64,000 nucleotides of DNA from Veillonellaceae bacterium (GCA_900765165.1 CAAFQR010000110.1:6776-70775); one strand, 5' to 3'. Shown: positions 35,821-45,868, counted from the stretch's first letter. The notes: generated by a model from the sequence alone, not told the origin. Program-made: numbers and translations.

Positions 35821-37410
35821 ATGTACAAGATTTACATCACCCAGGACGTAGCTAAAGAAGCTAAGGAATTATTGGAAAAGGATTACGAAGTCGTTATTGG
35901 CAAGAATTTGACTGAAGACGAGCTTTGTGACATGATCGCCGATTATGACGGCATTATCACCCGTAGCCAGACGATGGTAACCGCTAAGGTTATCGAAAAA
36001 GCAGACAAGCTGAAGGTTATCGGCCGCGCCGGTGTTGGTATTGACGGTATCGACATTAACGCCGCTACGCAGAAAGGGATTACCGTTGTAAATACGCCGG
36101 AATCGAACACCATCGCTGCTTGCGAACATGCATTGGCTTTGTTGCTCGGCATTACTCGTCACATTCCGCAGGCGCACCAGTCCATTATGGAAGGCCGTTG
36201 GGATCGCAAAACCTTCACCGGGATTCAGCTGTTGGACAAGACGGTGGGTATTATTGGCTGTGGTCGTGTTGGTTCGAACGTAGCAAAACGTTTGCAGGCC
36301 TTCAACATGAAGACCATCGGCTATGACCCGTACATTTCTGCGGAACGCGGCAAACAGTTAGGCGTTGAATTAGTCGACCTCGACACCTTGCTGGCTGAAT
36401 CGGATTACATTACTTTACATACGCCGTTGACCGACGAAACGCGTGGCATGATTGGTGCCGAAGAAATCGCTAAGATGAAAGACGGCGTGTACATCGTAAA
36501 CGCTGCTCGCGGTGCGATTATCGACGTTGACGCTTTGGCGGCAGCCCTTAAATCGGGTAAGGTAGCCGCTGCCGGCATCGACGTATGGGCCCATGAACCG
36601 TTATTACCGGAAAACAACCCGTTCCTCAACATGCCAAACGTGGCGTTGACGCCGCATATTGGTGCGTCCACCCGTGAAGCCCAGGCCGGCGTTGCTACCG
36701 ACGTAGCTAATGGTGTGGCGCAGGTATTGCGCGGCGAACCGGTGGCTACTGCTGTTAATGCATCGCCGATTACGAAGGCAACCTTGCATGTAATCCAGCC
36801 GTACTTCGACTTGTGCGAACGTATTGGCCACATCGGTATCGACTTGGCCGGTGGCCGTATCAATGGCGTTACCGTTGAATACACCGGTGAATTGGCAGAA
36901 ACGGAAACGGCACCGCTTACGACGGCTGTGTTAAAAGGCTTGTTGGCTCCGATTTTGCAACAGACGGTTAACTTCGTAAATGCGCGCGGCATTGCGGAAG
37001 AACGCAATATCGAAATCAAGGAAACGAAGACAAAACGCGGTCAGTACTTCACGAATACCGTTACGGTTACTATCGAAACGGACAAGGGCAACCATCGCGT
37101 TACGGGCACCTTGTTTGACCGCAAGGAAGCTAAGATTGTGGCTCTTGATAATTTCAGAGTGGACTTGGAACCGAAGGGCTGCTTCATTTTGGCACCGCAT
37201 GAAAATAAACCGGGCATGATTGGCCAGGTAGCAACGGTTCTTGGCACCGCCGGTATCAACATTAATGGCATGCAGGTTGGCGCTACGACGACGCACGACG
37301 TAAACGTTATGGCCGTTGCGGTCGATAAAGATATTCCGACGGGCATTATCCCGGCGTTGATGAACATTGAAGGCATTGAAGATATTAAGGTTATTCACTG
37401 CGAACACTAA
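35821..37410 (+). CDS. serA: D-3-phosphoglycerate dehydrogenase (long form with ASB and ACT domains)
   Basis: 529 aa; NAD-binding GxGxxG (GIIGCGRVG), catalytic His region, C-terminal ACT domain. Confidence 0.9.
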   Translation: MYKIYITQDVAKEAKELLEKDYEVVIGKNLTEDELCDMIADYDGIITRSQTMVTAKVIEKADKLKVIGRAGVGIDGIDINAATQKGITVVNTPESNTIAACEHALALLLGITRHIPQAHQSIMEGRWDRKTFTGIQLLDKTVGIIGCGRVGSNVAKRLQAFNMKTIGYDPYISAERGKQLGVELVDLDTLLAESDYITLHTPLTDETRGMIGAEEIAKMKDGVYIVNAARGAIIDVDALAAALKSGKVAAAGIDVWAHEPLLPENNPFLNMPNVALTPHIGASTREAQAGVATDVANGVAQVLRGEPVATAVNASPITKATLHVIQPYFDLCERIGHIGIDLAGGRINGVTVEYTGELAETETAPLTTAVLKGLLAPILQQTVNFVNARGIAEERNIEIKETKTKRGQYFTNTVTVTIETDKGNHRVTGTLFDRKEAKIVALDNFRVDLEPKGCFILAPHENKPGMIGQVATVLGTAGININGMQVGATTTHDVNVMAVAVDKDIPTGIIPALMNIEGIEDIKVIHCEH

Positions 37411-37421
37411 AAGGAGGATCT

Positions 37422-38060
37422 ATGCTGCGAATTATATTACTTCGTCATGGCGAGACTAAATGGAATGTAGAAGGTCGTTTTCAGGGGCAAATCGATACAG
37501 ATTTGTCGGAACGCGGGTTAGCGCAGGGCCAGAAGGCAGCGGCTGCTTTGGCTGATGTGCCTATTGATGTGGCTATTGCGAGCCCCTTGTCCCGGTCCTA
37601 TTTGACCTGTAAAATGGCGGCTGACATGCACAACCTGACCGTACGTAAGGATCCGCGGTTAATTGAAATTTCCCATGGCCTGTGGGAAGGTGTTCACGCT
37701 GATGAAATAAAAGACCGTTATGGCGAAGAGCTGGCTTTGTGGCACAGCGCGCCGGAAAAGGTGCAGATGCCGGAAGGGGAAAATTTAGAAGACGTGCGCA
37801 AGCGCGCTCGTGAAGCCTTTGATGAATATACCCGTGAATATGACGGGAAGACAGTGCTTATCTGTGCTCATGATGCGGTGAATAAAGCCATCATCTGTGA
37901 TTTGTTAGGCTTGTCGGTAGCTCATTTCTGGCAGATTAAACAGGACAATGCGTGCATTAACGTGTTGGAATGGGACAAAGGTGTATGGCGTGTCGTAACG
38001 CTTAACGCCACGAACCATATGGGTTATCTGTTCAGCGGTATTGAACAAAAAGGTCTGTAA
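37422..38060 (+). CDS. Histidine-phosphatase-superfamily protein (phosphoglycerate-mutase-like); candidate phosphoserine phosphatase
   Basis: RHGETxWN motif (LLRHGETKWN) and conserved His (ICAHDA). Begins 11 nt after serA, with a GGAGG RBS. Confidence 0.75.
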   Translation: MLRIILLRHGETKWNVEGRFQGQIDTDLSERGLAQGQKAAAALADVPIDVAIASPLSRSYLTCKMAADMHNLTVRKDPRLIEISHGLWEGVHADEIKDRYGEELALWHSAPEKVQMPEGENLEDVRKRAREAFDEYTREYDGKTVLICAHDAVNKAIICDLLGLSVAHFWQIKQDNACINVLEWDKGVWRVVTLNATNHMGYLFSGIEQKGL

Positions 38061-38189
38061 TGCTTTCCGTGTTTTAAGGTGTAGATTACGTGAGTGTTGT
38101 TATAGGTTGGTAAGGTGTGTTATGAAAATAGCCGACAGGGCTTGGGCCCTGTCGGCTATTTGTGTGTAGATGTAGTTTATTTCAGATGC

Positions 38190-38978
38190 TTAGTACAAGT
38201 CCGGCTTGCGGTCGCGGAACACGTTGATGCGTTCGCGAATGTCTTTTAAAATGTCTAAGTCGATTTCGCCGGTAGCGATGGTTTCGGTGTCGCCAAGGTG
38301 CAAAATTTCTTCGCCCCACGGATCGAGGAGCAGCGAATTGCCGGCGCATTTGATGCGGCCAATGCTACCGCATGCGTTAACGGCACAGAGGAACATCTGG
38401 TTTTCGATGGCGCGGGCCACGTTTAGAATGTGCCAATGACGAAGACGCAGGTCCGGCCACTGGGCGGGCACGAAGAAGAGGTCTACCCCTTTGAGGACGG
38501 ATTTGCGGATAAGCTCCGGAAAGCGGATATCGTAGCAAATAACGCCGGAGCAGGGAATGCCGTCTAGCTCGAAGTGCTGGATGTGGTCGCCGCCGGCAAA
38601 GTATTTGTCTTCCTTGGCGGGAGTGAAGCCGTGAATCTTGTCGTATTCGGACACGATGGCGCCGGTGCGGTCTACTACGTAAGACGTGTTGTAAACGACG
38701 CCGTTTTTGCGGGTCGCCACAGAGCCGCCTACAATGTTTACGCGATGCTTAGCGGCCATGCGCTGCAATAAATTTTTCGTGCGCTCACCGTTTTCATCGG
38801 CTAGCTCCGGTAAGCGGGTGTCCGGCTTGAAACCGGTGTTCCACGTTTCCGGCAACACGAGAATATCCGATTGTTTTTCACGAGCCGTCTGGTCAATCAA
38901 CATTTCAACCCGTTCGTAGTTCCGTTCCGGGTCGTTAACGGCTACATCTAATTGAAAGAGAGTAATGCGTTTTTTCAT
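38190..38978 (-). CDS. Carbon-nitrogen hydrolase family protein (nitrilase/amidase superfamily)
   Basis: Catalytic triad context (E in LPETWNTGF, K, C in GVICYDIRFPE). Start at MKKRITLFQLD is preceded by AAGGAGG; the ORF-track upstream start is not supported. Confidence 0.8.
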   Translation of the reverse strand: MKKRITLFQLDVAVNDPERNYERVEMLIDQTAREKQSDILVLPETWNTGFKPDTRLPELADENGERTKNLLQRMAAKHRVNIVGGSVATRKNGVVYNTSYVVDRTGAIVSEYDKIHGFTPAKEDKYFAGGDHIQHFELDGIPCSGVICYDIRFPELIRKSVLKGVDLFFVPAQWPDLRLRHWHILNVARAIENQMFLCAVNACGSIGRIKCAGNSLLLDPWGEEILHLGDTETIATGEIDLDILKDIRERINVFRDRKPDLY

Positions 38979-39225
38979 AGGAGCCTCCTTGCCGATGGGG
39001 CGATATATGCGAGTCAAAGCGAGCGCTACGACCTTGTTCGTAGCGGATTTTTACTGAAATGACGCCTGTAATACGTTTAGTATAGAGACGGAGAAAATCG
39101 CTGTCAATAGGATACAAAATCTTTACTAAAATTGTAGGTCAGGGCTGGACGGTTGTGGTATAATATAGGTTGTATATTTTTACGAAAAACTAAAAAATTG
39201 TTGTGTATATAAGAAGAGGATGGTT

Positions 39226-40047
39226 ATGAAACGTATACGGATTGCAGCATTAGTGATTATGGGCTTAGCGCTCCTCCTTTTAAGCGGCTGTGGCGCTACC
39301 GATACTAAGCAAGCGGCGGCAACGCCGGAACAGCCGAAGGCAGCAGCGCCGGCGGCAGAGAATGTACCTACGGCGGTGCCGAAGGGCATTCCGGTGCTCA
39401 TGTATCATAAAGTTGGTCCTGACAAGGACAATGATGCGGTTATTCGCGAAGACTTATTCCGCGCACAGATGAAATTCTTGCACGATAATGGCTTCCATCC
39501 GATTACGTTGGCACAGCTCAATGACTATGTGCGCAATGGCAAGCCTGTACCGGTTAAACCGGTAGTGCTTACCTTTGACGATGGCTATGCCGACACCTAT
39601 AGTATCGTTTACCCGGTTATGAAGCAGTACGGCTTTGCGGCTACTGTATTCGTCAATCCCGGTGACGTAGGCACGCGCTTAACGTGGGCGCAGATTAAGG
39701 AAATGAAGGACGGTGGCATTACCATCTCCAATCATGGCTTCAATCATGTGCGTATGAGTGAATTAACCGATGCCGAACAGACGGCGAATATTGTGAAGGC
39801 GCAGGAAGCGCTGAAGCAGCAGCTCGGTATCGACAATACTTGGTTCTGCTATCCCTATGGCCGTGAAAATGCATTTTCTGAAAAAACGGCTAAGGCAAAC
39901 GGCATTTTGCTAGCGGTTACCATGAATCCAGGCTGGGTGCACCAAGGCGATAATCCCTATGCGCTGCATCGCATTTGGATTGGCAATGCCGTTGATTTGA
40001 AACATTTTGAAGAACGAATTACGACGGAACATTACACGGATTTATAA
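39226..40047 (+). CDS. Polysaccharide deacetylase (NodB-homology) lipoprotein
   Basis: Lipobox LLSGCGA. NodB motifs (TFDDGYAD, HGFNH...). Confidence 0.75.
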   Translation: MKRIRIAALVIMGLALLLLSGCGATDTKQAAATPEQPKAAAPAAENVPTAVPKGIPVLMYHKVGPDKDNDAVIREDLFRAQMKFLHDNGFHPITLAQLNDYVRNGKPVPVKPVVLTFDDGYADTYSIVYPVMKQYGFAATVFVNPGDVGTRLTWAQIKEMKDGGITISNHGFNHVRMSELTDAEQTANIVKAQEALKQQLGIDNTWFCYPYGRENAFSEKTAKANGILLAVTMNPGWVHQGDNPYALHRIWIGNAVDLKHFEERITTEHYTDL

Positions 40048-40065
40048 ACGGGACAGGAGTTGACT

Positions 40066-41013
40066 ATGAGAAGATTCTTTAGCAAAGCATGGGTGAAGTT
40101 CATTTTAGTTATGTTTGTTTTCACCGCGGTTTCCTCGCCCTTTGTGGTTTTGTTCGGGCCGTTTGATAACATTAAGCGCACCGTTGTAGGGGCTATTATG
40201 CGGTCGCGCCATCCGCAGTACATTACTTGGCTCTTTAGCCAGGATGAAATTAACCGCATCGTCGGTACGGTTGGTACTGTTCGTAGCCAGGACTTGTTCA
40301 AATTCAAGGCTCGTACAGACAACACGTTGAAATTACGTAAAATCGATTCCACTCGTTTCGTTGGTTTCCTCTTAGAAATTCCGGACCCGCGCCGTATTCA
40401 GGTAGCGACAGCAGCGAATATTCAGGAAAAAGGTGACACGGTAAGTAACATTGCGAAGAACAATGACGCCGTAGCCGCTATTAACGCCGGTGGTTTCTAT
40501 GATCCGAATGGTACCGGTACCGGTCGTTTGCCGTATGGCTTTATCATGCAGAACGGCAAATACATTATCGGTAAGGATGTAGGACCTGACGAAAACGTAG
40601 ATTTTGTTGGTTTCACTAAATCCGGTAACTTAATTGCCGGCAACTACAATAAAACGGAATTGTCTGATATGGACGCTGTTGAAGGGATTACCTTTGGTCC
40701 GCCGCTTATCGTAGATGGTAAGAAGATGATCACCGATGGTGACGGTGGCTGGGGTATTGGTCCTCGTACGGCTATTGGTCAGAAGAAGGACGGTACTGTT
40801 ATCTTCCTCGTAATCGATGGTCGTCAGCCTGGCTATTCGACGGGCGCTACGCTTCGTGACGTACAGGATATTCTCTACTCGGAAGGCTGCTACATTGCGG
40901 CTAACCTCGATGGTGGTTCCAGTACGACCATGTATTATAACGGCAAGGTTGTAAATAAGCCGGCCGATTTGTTAGGCGAACGCATGATACCTACTGCGTT
41001 TATTGTTAAATAG
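40066..41013 (+). CDS. Phosphodiester glycosidase family protein (NAGPA / DUF2233-like), membrane-anchored
   Basis: N-terminal TM anchor. C-terminal region resembles NAGPA/uncovering-enzyme-like proteins (AINAGGFYD...DGGSSTTMYY). ATG at 40066 has a GGAG RBS; the track start at 40060 is TTG. Confidence 0.6.
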   Translation: MRRFFSKAWVKFILVMFVFTAVSSPFVVLFGPFDNIKRTVVGAIMRSRHPQYITWLFSQDEINRIVGTVGTVRSQDLFKFKARTDNTLKLRKIDSTRFVGFLLEIPDPRRIQVATAANIQEKGDTVSNIAKNNDAVAAINAGGFYDPNGTGTGRLPYGFIMQNGKYIIGKDVGPDENVDFVGFTKSGNLIAGNYNKTELSDMDAVEGITFGPPLIVDGKKMITDGDGGWGIGPRTAIGQKKDGTVIFLVIDGRQPGYSTGATLRDVQDILYSEGCYIAANLDGGSSTTMYYNGKVVNKPADLLGERMIPTAFIVK

Positions 41014-41021
41014 GAGGTCCC

Positions 41022-41951
41022 ATGAAGTCATTCGGTAAAATAACTTCGGCCTTTTTGCTGGGCCTTTTATTGCAAGGCGGTATATATTACTATTTAGACC
41101 AGGTCTACTTGGCACCGACAGCCGATTTCCAGGTTACCGGCAACGATAATAAAGAAAAAGACGGTAACTTCCCGGACGTAGGCACGGGCAATAAATACTA
41201 TTCTAATGGCCATCACTACATGGCCGTAGTAACGCAGAATTCTGTAAAAATTTACGCATCCGGTAAGAGTGACCCGGTAACCCTTGATTTGAAGGGCCGT
41301 GAGGTCAGCTATTTTGAATGGTTGCCTGACCGCGATTTAGCGATTATGGGCCTTTATGGCGGCTCTAGCGGTAATGTTGTCTTAGCTCGTGTAAATCCTG
41401 AAAATCCGGATAATGAAGCGGATACACCGATTAAGGACTTGCCGGACGGTAGTAAAATCGTAGATGCTGCGTTCTCTGTAGCAACGAACGTTGTGTACAT
41501 GAAGGTTAAGGTATCCGAAAATGCATACCGCATTTATCGCACCGATGCTAACTATGATACGCGTCGCGTTTACATGCAGGCATCCAACATTGGCCGTATT
41601 GCTGTATTCTATGATGAAGACCGCTTCTTCTACGATAATGTTAAGACTGGCGATGTATTCATGTTCAATGGCACCGAAGGTGGTTGGCGTGTTATTAATC
41701 CGCCCGGTCGTTATCGCTTAATCGGCGTTGATAAGGATAAGAACATCTATATTGCGAAGGTAAATACGGATGACAAGGTATTATCTGTAAGCCGTGGTCA
41801 GCTTGGTGTAGGCTTTAAGACTATTGATACCTATGATACACCGAAGGATTTGCAGGATGTAACGGTGGCTTCGGTATTGAAGGATGAACAGTCCGGCAGC
41901 AATAGCTCCGGTTCGGATTCCAGCTCTGATTCGAGTAGCAAGAAAAAGTAA
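41022..41951 (+). CDS. Hypothetical membrane-anchored extracytoplasmic protein with C-terminal Ser/Asp-rich tail
   Basis: 309 aa; N-terminal TM/signal; beta-rich body; tail SGSNSSGSDSSSDSSSKKK. Sits 8 nt after the NAGPA gene. Confidence 0.55.
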   Translation: MKSFGKITSAFLLGLLLQGGIYYYLDQVYLAPTADFQVTGNDNKEKDGNFPDVGTGNKYYSNGHHYMAVVTQNSVKIYASGKSDPVTLDLKGREVSYFEWLPDRDLAIMGLYGGSSGNVVLARVNPENPDNEADTPIKDLPDGSKIVDAAFSVATNVVYMKVKVSENAYRIYRTDANYDTRRVYMQASNIGRIAVFYDEDRFFYDNVKTGDVFMFNGTEGGWRVINPPGRYRLIGVDKDKNIYIAKVNTDDKVLSVSRGQLGVGFKTIDTYDTPKDLQDVTVASVLKDEQSGSNSSGSDSSSDSSSKKK

Positions 41952-41971
41952 ATAATATACACTATAGAACG

Positions 41972-42015
41972 CCGGTTTGCCCTTTTCTAGGGCTAAGCGG
42001 CGTTTTGGTGTACTA
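41972..42015 (+). terminator. Intrinsic terminator after the three-gene secreted cluster
   Basis: ACGCCGG-TTTGCCC-TTTTCTA-GGGC-TAAG-CGGCGT followed by TTT (two-tier hairpin). Confidence 0.5.
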
Positions 42016-42151
42016 GTTCGAATTAGTTGAAAAAGTGATAAATACCCTCGTATCTATGGGGTAACCGTAGGTATGCATAAAGCGTATATATGATAAAAGA
42101 GGTCTACCATTGCGTAGACACTGCCTCGAAAGGGCAGGGGAAGGAGATAGT

Positions 42152-42472
42152 ATGAGCAAGTTTAAGATTCAAAAAGGGTTAACAGATGCAGACATGATGA
42201 AAAATTTCAAGGAAGAAGAAACCTTTGAAAACACCATGCTTCGCGGTGAATCAGAAACCGCACGGCGCCTGGCTAAAGCTAAGAAACCAACCAATGATAA
42301 GGAAGCCTTTTATCGCGAATTCTTAACGGAAAAGCTAGAAACGCAGATTGGCAAGCTCCTTTTAGACATTAAAATGGAGTACTTCAAGGAAGGTGTAGGC
42401 GACTTCTTCATCGAAGTTCGCAAGGATGGGAAAAACCTGGTATTACACACCGGACCGAAGAAAATAAAATAA
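42152..42472 (+). CDS. Hypothetical small protein (106 aa)
   Basis: GGAAGGAG RBS before the ATG at 42152 (MSKFKIQKG...). Charged and helical; no family recognised. Confidence 0.45.
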   Translation: MSKFKIQKGLTDADMMKNFKEEETFENTMLRGESETARRLAKAKKPTNDKEAFYREFLTEKLETQIGKLLLDIKMEYFKEGVGDFFIEVRKDGKNLVLHTGPKKIK

Positions 42473-42522
42473 ATTCATATATATTATGCCCAATCAAGGA
42501 TGATTAATCCGTATTAAAAATA

Positions 42523-42552
42523 TGTTGACAAAGAATGGCAATAGTAGTGTAA
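42523..42552 (+). promoter_or_regulatory. Sigma-A promoter (TTGACA-17-TGTAAT) with a ~160-nt structured leader before the carboxyltransferase gene
   Basis: TTGACAAAGAATGGCAATAGTAGTGTAAT. The leader contains CCCTAGGCTACCCTAG / TAGGGTA inverted repeats. Confidence 0.45.
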
Positions 42553-42712
42553 TAGATATGTAGCGTAAAGCCCTAGGCTACCCTAGTTTTATGGGTAGTT
42601 GATGTAGGGTATATGGTGAGTTTAGATACGGTCGCTGGCCTTTGTAAAAGGTGGAAGATTTTGCAAGGATTAGCAGTGGGCGACCCTATCAATTGTGAAG
42701 GAGAAGAAGTTA

Positions 42713-44125
42713 ATGAAAGCGAAAAAAGTAAGACTTATGGAAACCGTTCTTCGCGACGGTCATCAATCCGTCTTGGCAACCCGTATGCGCACCGAACAGA
42801 TGGTTCCGGTATTGGAACAGTTGGATGAAATCGGTTATGACGCAATTGAATGCTGGGGTGGTGCAACATTTGACAGCTGCATTCGTTTCCTTGATGAAGA
42901 TCCGTGGCAACGTTTGCGTACGTTGAAGAAACACCTTAAAAACACTCCGCTTCAGATGTTATTGCGCGGCCAGAACTTGTTGGGTTACAAACACTACGCA
43001 GATGATGTTGTAGAAGAATTTGTTAAGAAAGCCAAAGAAAACGGCATTGACCGCATTCGTATTTTTGACGCTTTGAACGACCCGCGCAACATGCAGAAAG
43101 CTATTGAAGCAGGTAACAAATGCGGCGTTCATGTACAGGGCACCATGGTATACACGATCAGCCCGGTACACACTAACGAAATGTTCGTAAACGTAGCTAA
43201 AGAATTGAAAGAAATGGGCATGAACTCCTTGTGCATTAAGGATATGTCTGGTTTGTTAGCTCCGTACGATGCTGCATCCTTGATTCAGGACTTGAAGAAG
43301 GCTCTCGGCGACGACATGATGATCGACCTTCACAGCCACTTCACTTGCGGCTTGGCAAGTGCAACGTACTTGAAAGCTGTTGAAGCTGGTGTAGACGTAA
43401 TCGATACGGCTTTGAGCCCGTTCGGTCATGCTACTTCCCAGCCGGCTACGGAAAGTATCGTAGAAATGTTCCGCGGTACCCCGTATGACACTGGCTTAGA
43501 CTTGGCTAAATTGCGTGATTTGGCTCAGTACTTCATGGATGTACGTAAACAGATTTCCGACGAATTCAACTTGACTCCGGCACACGAAGTATTGCCGAAA
43601 GTTCGTCATTACCAGATCCCTGGTGGCATGCTTTCCAACACCCAGAACCAGTTGCGTGAAATGGGCATGGAAGACAAATTCTTCGATGTAATGGACGAAA
43701 TGCCGCGTGTACGTGCTGACCTTGGTTATCCTCCGTTGGTAACTCCGACCAGCCAGATCGTTGGTACTATGGCTATGATGAACGTTAACTTCATGGCTAA
43801 CGGTATGGAACGTTACACCATGACTTCCAACGAAGTTAAAGACTTAGTTCGCGGTAAATACGGTAAATTACCGGCTCCGATTTCCGAAGATATTCGTAAG
43901 AAAATCATCGGCGACGAAGAACCGATTACTTGCCGTCCGGCTGACTTAATCGCACCTGAATTGGAAAAATATCGTCAGGAAATGAAGGATCATGGCTTCG
44001 AAGGTTTCAGCGAAGAAGACGTTTTGACCTACGCTATGTTCCCGGAAGTTGCTTTGCCGTTCTTCGAACGTCATGCTCAGCAGATCACCAAGAAAGTATT
44101 GACGATCAACAGCAAAGAAGACTAA
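42713..44125 (+). CDS. Carboxyltransferase subunit (pyruvate carboxylase subunit B / oxaloacetate decarboxylase alpha / transcarboxylase 5S-like) lacking a biotinyl domain
   Basis: TIM-barrel carboxyltransferase motifs (ETVLRDGHQS, DMSGLL, HSHFTCGLA). Ends without a biotin-carrier AMKM motif. Start at MKAKKVRLMETVLRDG, after GGAG. Confidence 0.75.
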   Translation: MKAKKVRLMETVLRDGHQSVLATRMRTEQMVPVLEQLDEIGYDAIECWGGATFDSCIRFLDEDPWQRLRTLKKHLKNTPLQMLLRGQNLLGYKHYADDVVEEFVKKAKENGIDRIRIFDALNDPRNMQKAIEAGNKCGVHVQGTMVYTISPVHTNEMFVNVAKELKEMGMNSLCIKDMSGLLAPYDAASLIQDLKKALGDDMMIDLHSHFTCGLASATYLKAVEAGVDVIDTALSPFGHATSQPATESIVEMFRGTPYDTGLDLAKLRDLAQYFMDVRKQISDEFNLTPAHEVLPKVRHYQIPGGMLSNTQNQLREMGMEDKFFDVMDEMPRVRADLGYPPLVTPTSQIVGTMAMMNVNFMANGMERYTMTSNEVKDLVRGKYGKLPAPISEDIRKKIIGDEEPITCRPADLIAPELEKYRQEMKDHGFEGFSEEDVLTYAMFPEVALPFFERHAQQITKKVLTINSKED

Positions 44126-44195
44126 TTGCAAATAATTCTATTTGCTCCCCATTGAATGCAATGGTCAGTGTGAGCTGACCGTATAATAGAAGGAA

Positions 44196-44242
44196 CCGTA
44201 ACGGGGGAAGTATATTCCCAGCGTTACGGTTTCTTTTTTTGT
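44196..44242 (+). terminator. Intrinsic terminator after the carboxyltransferase gene
   Basis: GGAACCGTAACG-(loop)-CGTTACGGTTTC followed by TTTTTTT. Confidence 0.75.
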
Positions 44243-44421
44243 ATTTGCTTATTGTAACGGAATCGGTGTCGTTGTATGTGTGGAAAGTAATTGTACGCGT
44301 AGGACGTATATTATGGTTGACATTTATCAATTGGACGGCTATAGTTTAAATCATACTTATTTAGTGGGAATTGTTGCTGGATTGGGCAACAAGCAAGTGT
44401 TTTGGAGAAAGAAGGAGAATC

Positions 44422-45735
44422 ATGGCAGATGCAAATCGCGATGAAGTAAAACGCGTAGTGCAAGAAACTATGCGTAAGAACCGCAATGGCGCTTCTGGTC
44501 GTCAGTTGGCCTTGTGGTTAGGGGCATTGGTAATTGGTGCTATTTTAGGGTGGTTAGGTATTAAACCGCTCAATGATTTCTTTGATTTTATTGCTACTGT
44601 GTTCACTCGGTTATTCCAGTTTATCGCTGTACCGACGATCGCCTTAGCTGTTATTACTACGTTGGCTGCCTTAGGTGGTCGTAAGGATACGGGCCGTATC
44701 TTTGCTCACGCCGTAACCTACACGTTGTTGACGACCATTTGTGCCGCCACAGTTGGTTTAGCGTTGTTCCTGTGGATTGCACCGGGCAACTTGCCGGCTG
44801 ATGTAATTGGCGCAGGTCAGTCCGCTGTACCGGTTCAGAAATTAGGTTCCTTGTCTTATTATGATCATTTCTTGACCGTTATTCCGAACAACCTCTTACA
44901 GCCGTTTGTAGCTGGTAATGTGTTGTCTGTAATGCTCGTAGCCGCTGCCTTTGGCTTAGGCCTTGCATTCATGCCGAAAACGGAAAACCGCGAACAGCTG
45001 TTGAAGGTTATCCATGGCATGCAGGAATTGTTATTTACCTTGATTCGTGCGTTGCTCTTCGTGTTGCCGGTAGGTATCGTAGCCTTCGCTGCACAGCTTT
45101 CCGCACAGATTGAAGCCGGCGTTATCGTTGGTGCCTTAGGTAAATATACCGCCGTTGTATTAGGTGGTAACCTTATCCAGTTCTTCATTATCTTGCCGCT
45201 GTTGTTGTTAATCCGCGGCTTGAACCCAATTTACGTATTCCGCAAAATGGCACCGGCTTTGGCTGTAGCCCTCTTTACGAAGAGCTCTGCCGGTACCTTG
45301 CCGGTAACCTTGGCTTCTGCTGAACAGAATCTTAAAGTTAACCCGCGCGTGTCTCGTTTCGTATTGCCGATTTGCACCACCATCAACATGAATGGTTGCG
45401 CAGCGTTCATCTTGGTTACGAGCCTCTTCGTAATGCAGAACGCCGGCTATGAATTATCCATGGGTACCATGGTAATGTGGCTCTTCATCGCTGTTATTGC
45501 CGCTATTGGCAACGCTGGCGTACCGATGGGCTGCTACTTCCTGACCTTGTCCTTAATGTCCGGTATCGGCGCTCCTATCGGTTTGATGGGCGTTATCTTG
45601 CCGATTTACACCATTATCGACATGATTGAAACCGCCGAAAACGTTTGGTCCGATGCATCTGTATGCGCTATGACCAACCACGATTTGGAAGGCAAATTGG
45701 AAGAAACGGACGAAGAAATTCCCGTTGCGTTATAA
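44422..45735 (+). CDS. Dicarboxylate/amino-acid:cation symporter (DAACS family)
   Basis: Start MADANRDEV after AAGGAG. DAACS architecture with the conserved NMNG-like motif (TTINMNGCAAF). Confidence 0.8.
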   Translation: MADANRDEVKRVVQETMRKNRNGASGRQLALWLGALVIGAILGWLGIKPLNDFFDFIATVFTRLFQFIAVPTIALAVITTLAALGGRKDTGRIFAHAVTYTLLTTICAATVGLALFLWIAPGNLPADVIGAGQSAVPVQKLGSLSYYDHFLTVIPNNLLQPFVAGNVLSVMLVAAAFGLGLAFMPKTENREQLLKVIHGMQELLFTLIRALLFVLPVGIVAFAAQLSAQIEAGVIVGALGKYTAVVLGGNLIQFFIILPLLLLIRGLNPIYVFRKMAPALAVALFTKSSAGTLPVTLASAEQNLKVNPRVSRFVLPICTTINMNGCAAFILVTSLFVMQNAGYELSMGTMVMWLFIAVIAAIGNAGVPMGCYFLTLSLMSGIGAPIGLMGVILPIYTIIDMIETAENVWSDASVCAMTNHDLEGKLEETDEEIPVAL

Positions 45736-45868
45736 TCCCACTATACATTAAATGCCAGCTTAGCTGGTGAAATAAAAGGCTGTTACCTCTCAGCACGAGC
45801 TGATGTAGGTAACAGCCTTTGGTGTTACAGCGGCGTTGGTCGCCTTGATACGTTGCAGTAGCGCGTTC

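Noticed and set aside
36405-37407. Minus-strand ORFs of 204 and 158 aa inside serA
   Set aside because: Antisense to a highly conserved serA frame. A GC-rich antisense artefact.
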